In this document: piece by piece, positions 52,201 through 64,000 of the stretch
Layout of the letters: the number at the start of each line of letters is the position of its first letter
How positions within the stretch are numbered: the first letter of the stretch is position 1
NCBI GenBank assembly: GCA_051362555.1
Contig: CM120643.1
Span: 1,798,001-1,862,000, forward strand
Direction: 5' to 3'
Source of the DNA: Lingula anatina
Taxonomy: Eukaryota; Animalia; Brachiopoda
Length of the DNA stretch: 64,000 nucleotides
The notes under the pieces: model-generated
Told to the model about the DNA's origin: nothing
The model's database searches: none
The model's input: only the letters and a program-made list of their open reading frames with translations
Program-made: the position numbers and the translations under genes

Positions 52201-55200
52201 GCAATATATTGGCAGAAAATATAACAAATATTTCAAACCATTTCATCTTATATTCCTTAAATGATAATGGAACAAATGGAAAATTCTTCACAAAAATTAC
52301 AAATGAATTACAACTCTATTCGGGTCTGAAATAAATGTGCTACAGGAAGGACAATTTGGGAATTTTCTTTTTCTCCCTCCATACAGGTGAGAGTCACTTC
52401 AGCGCCTATCAGCAGCCGTTCTTGTACTTCGAGGTGCTCCTCCTCACTGCACAATTTGAAGCAGCCATCGAATTCTTGTCCAGAATCGAGAGATTACGAT
52501 GTCACGCAGTCCACGTGGCGTTGGTGTTGTACGAGATGAACATGTTAGCGCTGTCCCAGAGTATACAGTCACAGCTGTGTGAGTGCTGATTGGCTGTTTT
52601 CTTTTCTGTGAAGTCTACAGGGAGTTTTTTCACAGAACAACTAGTTTATTTCTGTTTTTTTATTTAATTTATTTATTATTAGTATTATTTTGTTTAAATT
52701 TTTATTCTATTTATTATTATTTAAAAAAAAAAAATTTTTAATTTTTTTTTAGTACCGGAATGCTGGCTGGTTAAGTTTGGAAGGGACATTTACCTGTACA
52801 AAAGAATAACTTCTCTTATTTTTTTCTCTTCGTAAACTGTTAGAAATGTCGACCAATTAAGTTATATTTGACAAAGAGAACGTAGGGCTCCGTAGCTATT
52901 TCTTTGTTTAATGGCCAGTTGGAATATCGTAAGAAGATAAAACAATATGATACAAATTATTTTTTCTGAAATAACTTCAAAATATTTTTTTAACTGAAGA
53001 AATGCTAACAACTCCCACTTCTATCCTAGTGTCCAAAGAAACTGGAGACCCCAGTCCAATGAAGAGGCTGAACTTTGCCCGCCTAGTGATGATGTATACA
53101 AGAAAGTTTGAGGGAACAGACCCCAGGGAGGCCCTGCAGTATTTCTACTTCCTCAGGTAAACTTTTTTAGTTTATTTTGAGGGAACAGATCCTGATTTTA
53201 GGCTAAAATGTAAAAAAAAACTAACAAAAAAACAACAGTTAATAAGGTGATTCATGGGCAGCAAATTTATTATAATTTTTTTATTGAAAGGATTATATTT
53301 ACTTTTTGGAGTCAAAAACTGTTCATTAGTGGCATATGAAAGCCCAAGTATATCAGAACCTTTGTGTTTGGATAATTTTCAATGATCATTTTTTTCTTTC
53401 AGAAACTTGCGTTCTCCACAGGGAGACAACCTGTTCATGTCATGTATCAGTGAGCTTGTACTGGAGACGAGAGAGGTAGCCATTTTGTTTTATTACACTA
53501 AAAAAATACACCTAATATTCTTTTTACTCTCCTAGGACATAGTATTGTGATAGGCTGTATTTGTGTGTACATGGAATTGAATTAGGTTGTAATTTTAGGG
53601 CAGATAACTACAAGTAGTTGAGGCTGTGTTGGCATGCTTTTTCTCTTGCTGAATTACTTGTACTTATCATACACTGGTAATGATCACATTTCTAAGTTTC
53701 TGCAGCCAGAGGCCTTTTGCTTCATTTAGTAAGATTCTAATGTTCTGCTTTAGGTGCAAATAATTTGCTGATTTAAAATAACTAAAAATAAAGACAGTCT
53801 CAGCATACAAGCATTTTATTACTTTATTTATTTATTTTTTTCAGTTTGAGACTTTGCTAGGTAGATTGGAAAGAGATGGAACAAGAAAGGTGAGATTGTG
53901 AATGACGTAAATTGTGACATTGCTCTTCTATTAATGTATTTTTTATGTCAATAAGAAAAACACATTACATTTGTTCATACATTAAATGGGATTATATGAT
54001 AGCTTAGCATGTTTCTTTTTCTTCTAACATGATGTTGAAATGAAATAGAAAACAAGTACACTTTTTAAAAACATTTATTTCAGCCTGGAGCCATTGATAA
54101 ATTTCACAGTGATACTCACAAGATCATTGCCAAAGTTGCAGAAGACTCCGAGACTAAGGGACTGTTTGAAGATGCCGTGAAACTGTATGACTTAGCAAAA
54201 GTAAGATGTTGTTTATGTCGTGAGAATGTACATTTCTGACACATTGAATAATGTTAATTTTATAATGTCTTCTGATTTCATATCTTGTACATTCTGTAGA
54301 CATGTTCTTTTTTTTTTTTTTTTTTTTTTTTACAAAATTTAAATTTGATTATTATTCTTACTTTGTTTTTTTCCCCAGTTACCAGCAAACCATTTCTTCC
54401 TACTTTTTTTTTCTCACAACCAGTCATGTCTGCTTATATTCCATGCTTTTATTACTTTATTTTTTATCTTTTAAACTGCTTTCTTAATTGATTTATTAAC
54501 GCTGTGCACATTTGGAAATATTTGTTTATTTACAGAATCCAGAGAAAGTTCTAGAGTTGATGAACAAGCTTCTCACCCAGGTGCTCTCACAGCCTCCAAG
54601 TCCTCACTCCAGTAAAGATAGGCTGAAACAGATGGCTCTGTCCATTGCTGAGAGGTTGGTCACATCTAGCACAATATGTCACATCTAACACAATTGGCAC
54701 ATCTAGCACAATATGTCACATCCAACACAGTATGTCACATCTAGCACAATATGTCACTCCTACCACAATTGGCACATCTAGCACAATATGGCACATGTAT
54801 CACAATTGACACATCTAACACAATGACACAATGTCACAGCTAACACAATCATATACTTGTCGTACATTTGTAGTGAAAAACAAAAATATTTTCCAAACTC
54901 CCTTTACAGTTTTATTTTCACCTTATAAAATGTATCTTATCTCTTTAAATCTAAAATTTTGGTACGTATATGTGTTTGTTTACTGCTAAGATATGAGATA
55001 AGATACAAGTTGTAATGTGATGGAAAGGCAGATAAATTAATTGATATAATTTCAGATATAAAAGCCAGGGCCATGAAGGTAGCAGGGCCACCACTGGGAC
55101 ATTCTACCTCCTGCTGGATCTGTTGGCTTTCTTTGATCTCTACCATAGTGGCAGTCTGGACCAGGCACTGGATGTAAGATAGAGATGGGTTAAGACATAA

Positions 55201-56910
55201 ATCTCTCTCTCTCTCTCTCTCTCTCCCCAAATATTTGTTCCTACACTTCAATGTATGCACTAAAATATTTCAATCCCAAAGTGGTAGTATGATTATGCTT
55301 ATTCTTGTTTATCTAATTTTGCTGTATTTGTATATTCTTGTTGTGGACTTGTGGTTCAGTTGGGTTATATTTGTTAATATCTGTTAAAAAATTTTAAAAT
55401 TAAGTCAAACCCATCATAGACTGAGCCTAGTTAAAGGTGTTACATGTAAAAGATGTCTTAATGCTGCATGCTGTGCCTCCTTCCACAATGTTCACAGTGT
55501 TCCTGTCCCAGAGTTCCATGAATTTTACTCTTGAAACCCTGGCACCTTTAGTTGTCTCTTCTGTATTATGTTAGAAGACAAACAAAGGGAAAAAACTCCA
55601 TAACAAATCTAGAGAGAGAGCTAACATGGAATTTATTGCTCCCCTCATCTGTAAGTTTGCCCTTAAATATTCTACATTATAAGATAAAAGCTTATATTGT
55701 CCATGTATTACAGATAATTCGGCACTTGAAGCTGATCCCACTGTCTCTGGATACTGTGGAGCAGAAAGTATCTGGCTTCAGACACTACGCAGATGAGGTA
55801 AAGTTTTCTTTGAAGATTGAATCTTTTGTTTTATGTTTGAAGTGCCCTTTGCTTTACAATGTGACTAATTAATTACCACTAATTGTGAAAAAGTTTGGTT
55901 AATTTTAATGTCATTATGGAATTTACCTAAGGGCAGTAAAGATCTCTTAAATCTTTAAATTTGTTTGTTTGAAATTGTATAAATCCATCACTCCAAAAGC
56001 ACACGTACATGTGACTATTTTTATCTGGTTTGGTGAAGCTTTTATAGGGTTTTTATTATTGCATTTATTTTGTGTATTTATGTCTTATAATTATGATTAT
56101 TTTTTATTTTTTTAGATTCGGCGAAGCTTACCAGATATATTGCTTGCGACCATGAACATTCTATATACCCAATATAAAAATGCCAAGTAAGTGAATCAGT
56201 ATTGTCTTTATTGCAGTACAACTTTAGCCTAGATTACATTTGAAATGCGATGCCTGTACAGTGCACATATACTACCCGTAATACCCTTTTCATACGGCAC
56301 TAACTTTGATGAGATTGCTTTTCATCAAGGGACTTGATCTTACCATCTTACAACTTCACCTTTCTGTTTTCAGAAGTGCAGGTAGACAGAGTCCTCTGGT
56401 GGGAAGACCAGGAACTACAGATGATGGTGGAAAAGAATCGGTAAGAGTGTCTGTCTTCTCTTGCAGAAGTTGATGCATTAGGCTGCATTTATAGTGGCTT
56501 TAATTAGCAAGTTAATTATCATAAGTAGTTTCTCGGGTTGTTCAGTCATCATGATCAGCAATTAGCAGGCAGCAATCATCTAAAGTTATACCTGAAGAGT
56601 TCTGTTTAAAAACTGATCTTATTATTACATAATTTTTTTATTCACGATATTCCTTTTTGCATACACATGGTGGTAGCCAGTAAAAACAGACTGTTTCTTT
56701 GTTTTCACAGAATGTCATTCCAGCGAACCACTTTCACATTCAAAATGTCAGTATTGTCTTTGTTATTATTTATGTATTTACTTATTTCAGTTCACCAGTT
56801 ATCTGCGCAGCCAGGCGAAGGCTTTGATCACATTTGCTGGGATGTTGCCGTACAGAATGCCTGGAGATACCAACGCCAGGCTGGTCCAGATGGAAGTACT
56901 CATGAACTGA
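47324..56910 (+). CDS. NUP93: Nuclear pore complex protein Nup93, 22 coding exons
   Basis: Exons 47324-47502, 47843-48023, 48372-48500, 48940-49014, 49277-49369, 49689-49828, 50217-50349, 50878-50975, 51207-51266, 51485-51562, 51896-52089, 52387-52578, 53030-53156, 53403-53475, 53845-53889, 54084-54200, 54536-54654, 55056-55173, 55714-55797, 56116-56186, 56374-56440, 56791-56910. Motifs [107 protein letters not shown]. Confidence 0.97.
49188..49246. repeat. (TTTA)n microsatellite
   Basis: Direct observation. Confidence 0.9.
50752..50873. repeat. ~21-bp minisatellite abutting a NUP93 acceptor
   Basis: gttataattgttatattgtgt-like unit, about 5-6 copies. Confidence 0.85.
54659..54850. repeat. 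18-19-bp minisatellite directly after a NUP93 donor
   Basis: cacatctagcacaatatgt-like unit, about 10 copies. Confidence 0.9.
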
Positions 56911-59900
56911 ACATGTGACAGACACTCACTTCCATTTCAAAGGATTTTTCAATTTTACAATTTTCTGAACTGAACTAAATCTGCAACAGTTAGTTCCATT
57001 TCAAAGGATCATAGTTTTTTTTTTTTTTTTTTTTTTTTTTTCCAATTTTACATCTCCATGTTCAGGGGAGTTGTGCTGTGCTTATCTGTAAAAATTGCAG
57101 AACAAAGACTTGGAGGCATACTTCTGCTAAGTAAAAGTAACAGGTATTGCCTCACAAAAGAGATAGCTTGGCAGATTGACAATGTAACACGACCAGCCTG
57201 GGAGCCACCGGTCTGCCGCTAGGTGGCTTTTAACCAAACCGGAAGTTGAAGAATTTGAATTGGGTGAAATTTTTTGAGATTTATATGGTGTATTAAGGGT
57301 ATAAAAGTTTTGTTATGTATACTGTCATTTTAAAAAGTAAATTGCAAATCATGTCAAATGCTCCTCGAGTTGATTTAAACCCTGTTTTGTGTAGAAAAGC
57401 AAGTTTGAAACCAAATATTTTACTAAAGCTACAGCGGAAGTTCAACTTTGACTCAAATGCTTGCATTCTTAGAGAACAGGTTCTAATTTTAAGTTACCAG
57501 TAAGTTGTGGCAAATTTATTCAGCTTTCTGTAAATGTAAGCATGTAAGGAACTTTACCTTCATCCAGGAATGGCACAAATCGATTCACACCCGTGTATGC
57601 AAAAAATGTTCCTTGCAACAACCGTATACCAGCCTCGTTTTGACTCAGTACATTCTGTTGGTATTCTGACCTCGTTTTGGTTTTTCCACCGCTCATTGTC
57701 TATATAGTGAAATGAAGCTTGCACAGGAAGAATGGAGGAAACTAAACATTTCATATTTTTCTTTGTAAATAAGCATTTATTTATTATACAAGTCCAACCG
57801 ATAAGAGTCCTTTTTTTATGAAAAAAAAAACGAAAAAACAAAAGAAACATTAATTCAATTTTCTTTATTTTATTTTCATACATGTAATACACATATACAT
57901 TGTATATTTGTGGCAAAAAATTTATTTTTTATTTTAGCAACACATCAATATGGCGATTATTTTACACTACTTAATCAGTACATACAGTTAACCAATGAAC
58001 ACACCACTCCTTTTTAAAACAAGACCAATATTAATAATAACATTATTTTATAAATTTACCTTGGGTCAGCAGTTGTTTTCACTGATGCCCAGTTAGTCCT
58101 GTACCAATCCATGCTTTGAATTAATTTTTATAAGCAGAAGTTTCTGTCTACAATGCAGGTCATGTATGCAAAAGCTAAACTTCGCATACGTTACCTATGG
58201 TGCATGGTTCAAATATACTGGTAAAATATATGACAAATGTAGTAATACTGATGATCAATAAATATTATTATAAGCAACAGCTAGCACAGCACAAAATATT
58301 TTTCAGTCCTTAAAAGAATGTTAGAGGTTGTGATGGTGCTCACTGCCACACAGTATTTGGAAATAATAGATTCTGTCATAAAAACAGCAGGCCAAGGAAT
58401 TGGAAAAAGAATTTACCCTGGTCCCATTCATGTTCTTCAAGCCTAGAAAAATATTAGATTAAATATTAAAAAGGTTTAAAAAGTAATTAACAGGAAAACT
58501 TTTGTAACTGCATATATTTTTTACACACACACACAATCAAACAAACAATACAACAATACACACTAAAATCAATATAAATAATAAATCACAATCTTGGTAA
58601 TTTATTAGGGAAGCTGGTAACAATTGAATTATCTAAAATAACACTTTTTACTCTTAAAGTGTATCAGTATAGATAAAAATAAGGCTCATCATCAGAAGCT
58701 GAACTGTGGCAAACATGCGTTTCTTTAAATCAATTAAGATCCCATTTAGATGAAGCCCTGAAGAGTTTAGGAAACACATACAAGTCTACAAACTAGAGTG
58801 TTCACAACTACCATACACTAATTATTGTACTGGTACATTTTGTTTCATAAAATACACAATATTTATAAATTAAAACAAAAGAATTTTACAAATATAATGT
58901 TCTTTTTTCATGAAACAATTTTCCTTTACAAACTTATAACCCATGTTTTTGCAGGTTTGTGCAGGGGAGATTTTTAACAAAAATAAACTTCCTTATAACA
59001 CAAATGTGCAATTTGAAAACACACTTACAATGTAATACTGGCATTGTATTATGCAAAGTGTTTATCTATTGAAAATGTTCAACCAATGAAGGTTGTAATA
59101 TGTAATGTAAGATATAAAACTTATTTTTGAGAAAAAATTTTTCACTCATATTGATTTCAAACATTTGTCTCCTGACAAAAGAGTAAAAATGTGAAAAGTT
59201 AAAATTTGTTAATCATATATTTGAAAAGATGCTTGTGATTGGTTTTCAATTTTGTATCTTTCACTACTATAAAAGTTACAAGTGTGAAAATAGTTTCATT
59301 CGATAATTTACAAGCATATATATTTGGCAGTATATATTTATCTCTTCAGCTGTGTATAATACCGATACCTTATATTGGAATAAGCAAAATATACTGCCTG
59401 TCGTACATGTAGAAAATCGATAAGTTACAGGTTAGGTTCCTTCCTGAAATTTTAACATATTCAAAAACAAATGTCACACTATAAAAAAAACTGAACAGAC
59501 CAAAAAAATCACCTTCATCTGCATTTGGCACAATTTAAAAGAACGTGTTTACATTTCGGTTTTGTGTGCCGCCATTTTAGAACACGACAGTAACTTGATA
59601 AAAGATTCAGTGAAACCGATACTTGAACACTACTTTGTTATAAAAAATATAGCTTGAGAATATACTTTATCGTTCTGTCAAGTGCATTAGTAAAATTATC
59701 AACATATCAGCGTATAAACGTCTGTTCATCTTACCTGTCTCTATGCCTGCTTCTCCCGCCAAATTGGGTAAAGCCGCCACATCAAGTTTTGAAAACGCGG
59801 CAAAATCTAATATTCTCCAAAATAACCGTCATACATGTACTACTAGATGGGTTAAGCCAAGCAGGGGCGGATCCTGGATTTTGTAGAGGGGTGTTGTTTT

Positions 59901-59939
59901 TTTTTTAAACCCCCCCCCCCCCCAAAAAAAAAAAAATAA

Positions 59940-59983
<44 letters not shown>
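59940..59983. repeat. (TAA)n microsatellite
   Basis: Direct observation. Confidence 0.9.
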
Positions 59984-59984
<1 letters not shown>

Positions 59985-62235
59985 CATTTTAATGCGTGGA
60001 CATAATATATAAAAATAATTTAATATATCAATTTTAGAAAGTCATCAAGTAACATCACAAAACTGTAATGTAAGCCATATGACACTTGACTACGGTCATG
60101 TTGTTCGGTTTCAAAGATTTTGTATCAAGGCATATAGGATAGGCTGACTTTTGTAACATAATACTTAAGCTTAGTTTTGTCTGTTTCTGAATAACTATCT
60201 AAAATCAAAATCGGGGAAGGATTTTAGGGAATGGTGTAAGGCACGTGAGTAAATTGTGGGTGCAGAACTACCTAAACATTGGCAGTGACGTTTTATTGTG
60301 AAACGTGCTTATACCGGGAGCGTCGAGTAGCGTGAAGGAGGGGGGGGGGGGGGGGGTGCGAAATTCCTTTTTTAAAACCTATTGTGTCAGAAAGTGATAA
60401 ACCAAGCTTTTGTGTAATAGTGAAAACATCTTACGATTCATGCCTTGCTAGTATGGAGTTTTTGTATTCAGGGAAAGAGGTTTTAAAAATAACAATCGCA
60501 CGTTATCAATACTAACGAAAATTAAAACCTCGCGTTAGGGGTATTACGAGATGCACATATATTTTACTGACACATATTGTTCTTAACCTCAAGTATATTT
60601 TTTAAATGCCTGGTAACTAAGGTTTTACAAATTACTTTCTATGAGAACGCAGTTTTGCCGTGTTTCGTCTAAAGCAATTGAGTGTGTCCTGCTTATCGTC
60701 TAGCTTATCATGGATGTAATTGAAGATGTATATGGCTAAAATATTACAAAAACATCAAACAACTAAATATTATGGCCTGTGGCTAAAGACGTCACGATTT
60801 TTTTCCAATTTTTAAAAGTCAGGTGACACTGCGGACGTAGCCGCAATCTATTTATTGCGCCATTTAAAATGAACAAAAACACAGACATTTTCTGAGACGT
60901 TAGACATCATACTCACTTCCTGATTTTGTGCTTTAGTAGAAATAACCTAGATCGATTGGATAATGTACGATGGAGCTGCGAACTACAATAACGATGGTTT
61001 AAATTTTATGTTTTTTTATGTCAGAACAGATAAATCTAGTAATTATTTTTGGCAGCGATTTAAGTGGCTAGACTGATTTAAGTAAATTCCACTTGGATAA
61101 ACAATTCTTTCTCTTGTTTTAAATTCTTAAATGGACCTACACATAGAGAATCAGTGTGTGTTCTCGGGGCAGGAGAGACAAGTCCCGAGTTTGATTTTTA
61201 GGTAGAGTCGAGTCAGAGACCACCTCACTGAGAAAACACACAAATGGAACTGTTGTGTGCCCGGCCATGAAACACTGATAATGAGCAGTTGACCTATAAG
61301 CATGTTAACCCTAGTTTTCGGCAACTTTGGTTGTATGCTCTCCAGAGAGATGAGAAAGGATGCCAGTGAGCACTGACACTTATAACAATGTTAAAACGCA
61401 TATTAAAAAGTGTAAAATCCAGCTATGGTTTAAAATGGATAAAGTAAAGTTTACGTACAAATGAGAAAAATTTCATTTTTTAAATTTTTTATTTTATTAT
61501 TCTTATAAGTTATTTATTATCTTTTTCTGTTTTTCTCTACTCAAGCCAGTGCCATAAGAGTACTGGTCACATGAAGCCAAAAAGGAAGGCACCCGTTCTT
61601 AATTATTGCCTAAATCAATAGATGTTTTATATACAAAAATAAAATCATTCGTTTCTTCTGCCTTGTATAAGTTAATCAAGATTTTTCATATGACCCACTG
61701 CTGCTATTCTTTCTATTCGTAAAATCATAAATTATTTTCATTTCATTTCTTGATTACAAAATGTGTTTCAGAGAACTGAGGTGGATGTACATGTCCAGTC
61801 CAGCATACTTTCAAATGACTCACTATAATTCGCTACAATCAGAACAACCATACTCCCTCAGGGTGCCTCGAAAATGCAGTCATTCTACGCCCTATTACGT
61901 CATCCACATTTTGGATCAGTGCTCGAATACACGCGCACAATATAGTGGCCTGCGAGAAGTTCACAGCTTCCAGTATAACCGACATCGTGCCTATCATAAT
62001 TTTGGGGAGAGGATATGTTGCTCAGAAATTGTCATCTACTGTGTCTGTTACATTTCGAGGTCACTGCTTAGTACTCAATACTCTTACCATAAAATGAAAT
62101 GATAAACAAGAAAATCAAAATAGAAAATAGAAAATAAAATTTATATGTCTTTAAGATATTATAATCAAATTGGCGTATCACTACCAAAGGCCATCCCCTA
62201 TGAACAAGTTGACTAGTGGTGACAACAGGAACGCC

Positions 62236-62290
62236 ACCACGTGACTAAAGGTATAAAAGCGCGGAATTTTGAAAGTGCATTCACTCAACT
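62236..62290 (+). promoter_or_regulatory. Pol II core promoter: E-box, TATA box, initiator-like sequence
   Basis: CACGTGAC at ~62238-62245, TATAAAAG at ~62253-62260, GCATTCACTC about 25-30 nt downstream, then a strong donor CAC|GTGAGT at 62356/62357. Confidence 0.7.
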
Positions 62291-62940
62291 GCGGACAGAT
62301 CTAGAGCAACAGGAAGGACGTCGTGTGCTGCGTCCTGTATCAAGCACAAAGGACACGTGAGTCGACTCGCATTTCTCCGAATCTTTGCTCATCCTACGTC
62401 AACGCATCGCTCTTCGCCATATTCGCACACGCAGACGTCTAGACGGTGGATTCGGCGTTTCTCTAAGCTGGCCAGCTACAACCTTCGCTTCTCCCCACGA
62501 GGAATCGTCGCTCAGGGATCTTCGCAGGATACTGCACCTTTTTGCTGTCGTGGGCTAGTCGTAGTGTCATTGCATTATTGCATGCTTTCCAGGTTTCTTT
62601 TTTATTACAGGTCCAGGAAGCAGACTGCAAACTGCTAGATAAGGTTAGAAAACTCATTAACTTTTTTTTCTCTCTGTTCACAGAGTTCCAAGGCAGCGGG
62701 GCAGGGGGCAGCGTCCAGCGAGCACTGACATGGTCTGTCTACGAGGTGGCTGCCATATGGTGCTTCAATGAGATGGAAACCCCTTAAAGGTAAGCCTGAC
62801 TGCAGAGTACTGACATTAGTAGGAAAAGACATTAATCCATTTTTCGTTCTGTAAACAGAACTCGATTATGGCGATTCTTGAAGGTATATAATCTTTTTTG
62901 AGTTTGAGAAATGAAAAAAAAAAAAAAAACCTATTTTTTT

Positions 62941-63730
62941 ATGTTTACAGAGCATAGAAGACGATGAGCGCCACCTGTGGGACTTCGACTACACTCCTTA
63001 AGGTATGTAATCTTTTTTCTTTTTGGAAGTGGAGTTTAAGAAATGAAAGAAATCTAATCTCGTTTTTATTTCTGTTTACAGAACATAGAAGATGATGAGC
63101 GCCACCGGTGGGACTTCGACTGCACTCCTTAAGGTATGTAATCTTTTTCTTTTTGGTAGTGGAGTTTAAGTAATGAGAGAAATCTAATCTCGTTTTTATT
63201 TCTCTTTACAGGACATAGAAGATGATGAGCGCCACCGGTGGGACTTCGACTGCACTCCTTAAGGTAAGTAATCTTTTTCTTTTTGGAAGTGGATTTTAGG
63301 AAATAAAAGAAATCTAATCTCGTTTTTATTTCTGTTTACAGGACATAGAAGATGAGCGCCACCGGTTGGACTTCGACTGCACTCCTTAAGGTAAGTAATC
63401 TTTTTCTTTTTTAAAGTAAAGTTTAAGAAATGAAAGAAATCTAATCTCGTTTTTATTTCTGTTTACAGAACATAGAAGATGATGAGCGCCACCGGTGGGA
63501 CTTCGACTGCACTCCTTAAGGTATGTAATCTTTTTCTTTTTGGTAGTGGAGTTTAAGAAACAAAAGAAATCTAATCTCGATTTTATTTCTCTTCACAGGA
63601 CATAGAAGATGATGAGCGCCACCGGTTGGACTTCGACTACACTCATTAAGGTATGTAATCTTTTTTCTTTTTGGAAGTGGAGTTTAAATAATGAAAGAAA
63701 TCTAATCTCGTTTTTATTTCTGTTTACACA
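62941..63730 (+). repeat. Tandem repeat, ~130-bp unit x 6 (52-nt exon-like + 78-79-nt intron-like)
   Basis: Unit catagaagatgatgagcgccaccggtgggacttcgactgcactccttaag-gtatgtaatctttttc...gaaatctaatctcgtttttatttctgtttacag. Confidence 0.95.
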
Positions 63731-63790
63731 ACACAACTGCAAGAAGAGGGCCAACATCTACACTTCAGCTACTTCGACCATTCATTGGTG

Positions 63791-63934
63791 CCAGCGAGTC
63801 CTGCCATGGTCTGTCTGCAAGGTGGCTGCACTGGGGAAGCGTCCAGCGAGTCCTGCCATGGTCCGTCTACGAGGTGGCTGCACTGGGGAAGCGTCCAGCG
63901 AGTCCTGCCATGGACCGTCTACGAGGTGACTGCA
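63791..63934 (+). repeat. 52-bp tandem repeat x ~2.8
   Basis: ccagcgagtcctgccatggtc.gtct.c.aggtggctgcactggggaagcgt starting at 63791, 63843, 63895; related copy at ~62708-62755. Confidence 0.9.
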
Positions 63935-64000
63935 ATTTACAGGAAATAGAAGATGAGCGCCACCTGTGGGACTGCGACTGCACTCCTTAATAAGGTATGG

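Larger units (their letters stand above)
62280..64000 (+). other. Putative spliced transcript of short tandemly repeated exons (lncRNA or smORF array); runs off the window
   Basis: Candidate exons ~62280-62356, 62611-62643, 62684-62789, 62859-62883, then repeat exons 62951-63002, 63082-63133, 63212-63263, 63342-63390, 63469-63520, 63599-63650, 63943-63994, each with (T/C)ACAG acceptor and AAG|GT(A)(T/A)G donor; repeat introns have a CTAAT branch-like site and pyrimidine tract. Confidence 0.65.

Noticed and set aside
55056-55173. Apparent NUP93 frameshift
   Set aside because: Recounting a-tat-aaa-agc-cag shows the exon is in frame ([23 protein letters not shown]).
57560-57720. TVVARNIFCIHG resembling the TEN1 C-terminal strand
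   Set aside because: The intervening TEN1 segment is missing and no upstream exons fit; likely chance.
61300-61315. taaccctag as a telomerase RNA template
   Set aside because: Short match expected by chance; no pseudoknot, CR4/5 or H/ACA domain recognisable by eye.
61761-62102. 113-aa plus-strand ORF upstream of the TATA unit
   Set aside because: No recognisable homology or supporting gene structure.
63003-63081. 78-nt repeat introns as mirtrons or snoRNAs
   Set aside because: Both halves are pyrimidine-rich so only ~5 bp pair at the ends; no box C/D pair or H/ACA fold; the ATGATGA lies in the exon with no CTGA partner.
62941-63730. CRISPR-like repeat-spacer appearance
   Set aside because: The intervening segments are near-identical introns, not unique spacers; eukaryotic context and no cas genes.

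Overview
AT-rich, intron-rich animal genomic DNA (probably an invertebrate, lophotrochozoan-like; taxon is inference). Reconstructed by hand from GT-AG sites and reading-frame phase: (1) last five exons of an unidentified coiled-coil gene (+, 2121-4428); (2) a very long (~1380 aa) shelterin TPP1/ACD homologue (-, 16285-6505) with an intronic U2 snRNA gene; (3) PARD6/par-6 (+, 17019-36308), head-to-head with TPP1 as human ACD/PARD6A are; (4) TCAIM (-, 46665-40782), head-to-head with (5) NUP93 (+, 47324-56910). Introns carry PIF/Harbinger-type MITEs, Kolobok-type TTAA elements and simple repeats. The strangest feature is at the right end (62.2-64 kb): a TATA-driven unit built from tandem ~130-bp exon+intron cassettes with intact splice signals. 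Its 52-nt exons have stops in all three frames, but once spliced they would encode overlapping ~30-aa ORFs that each span two exons.
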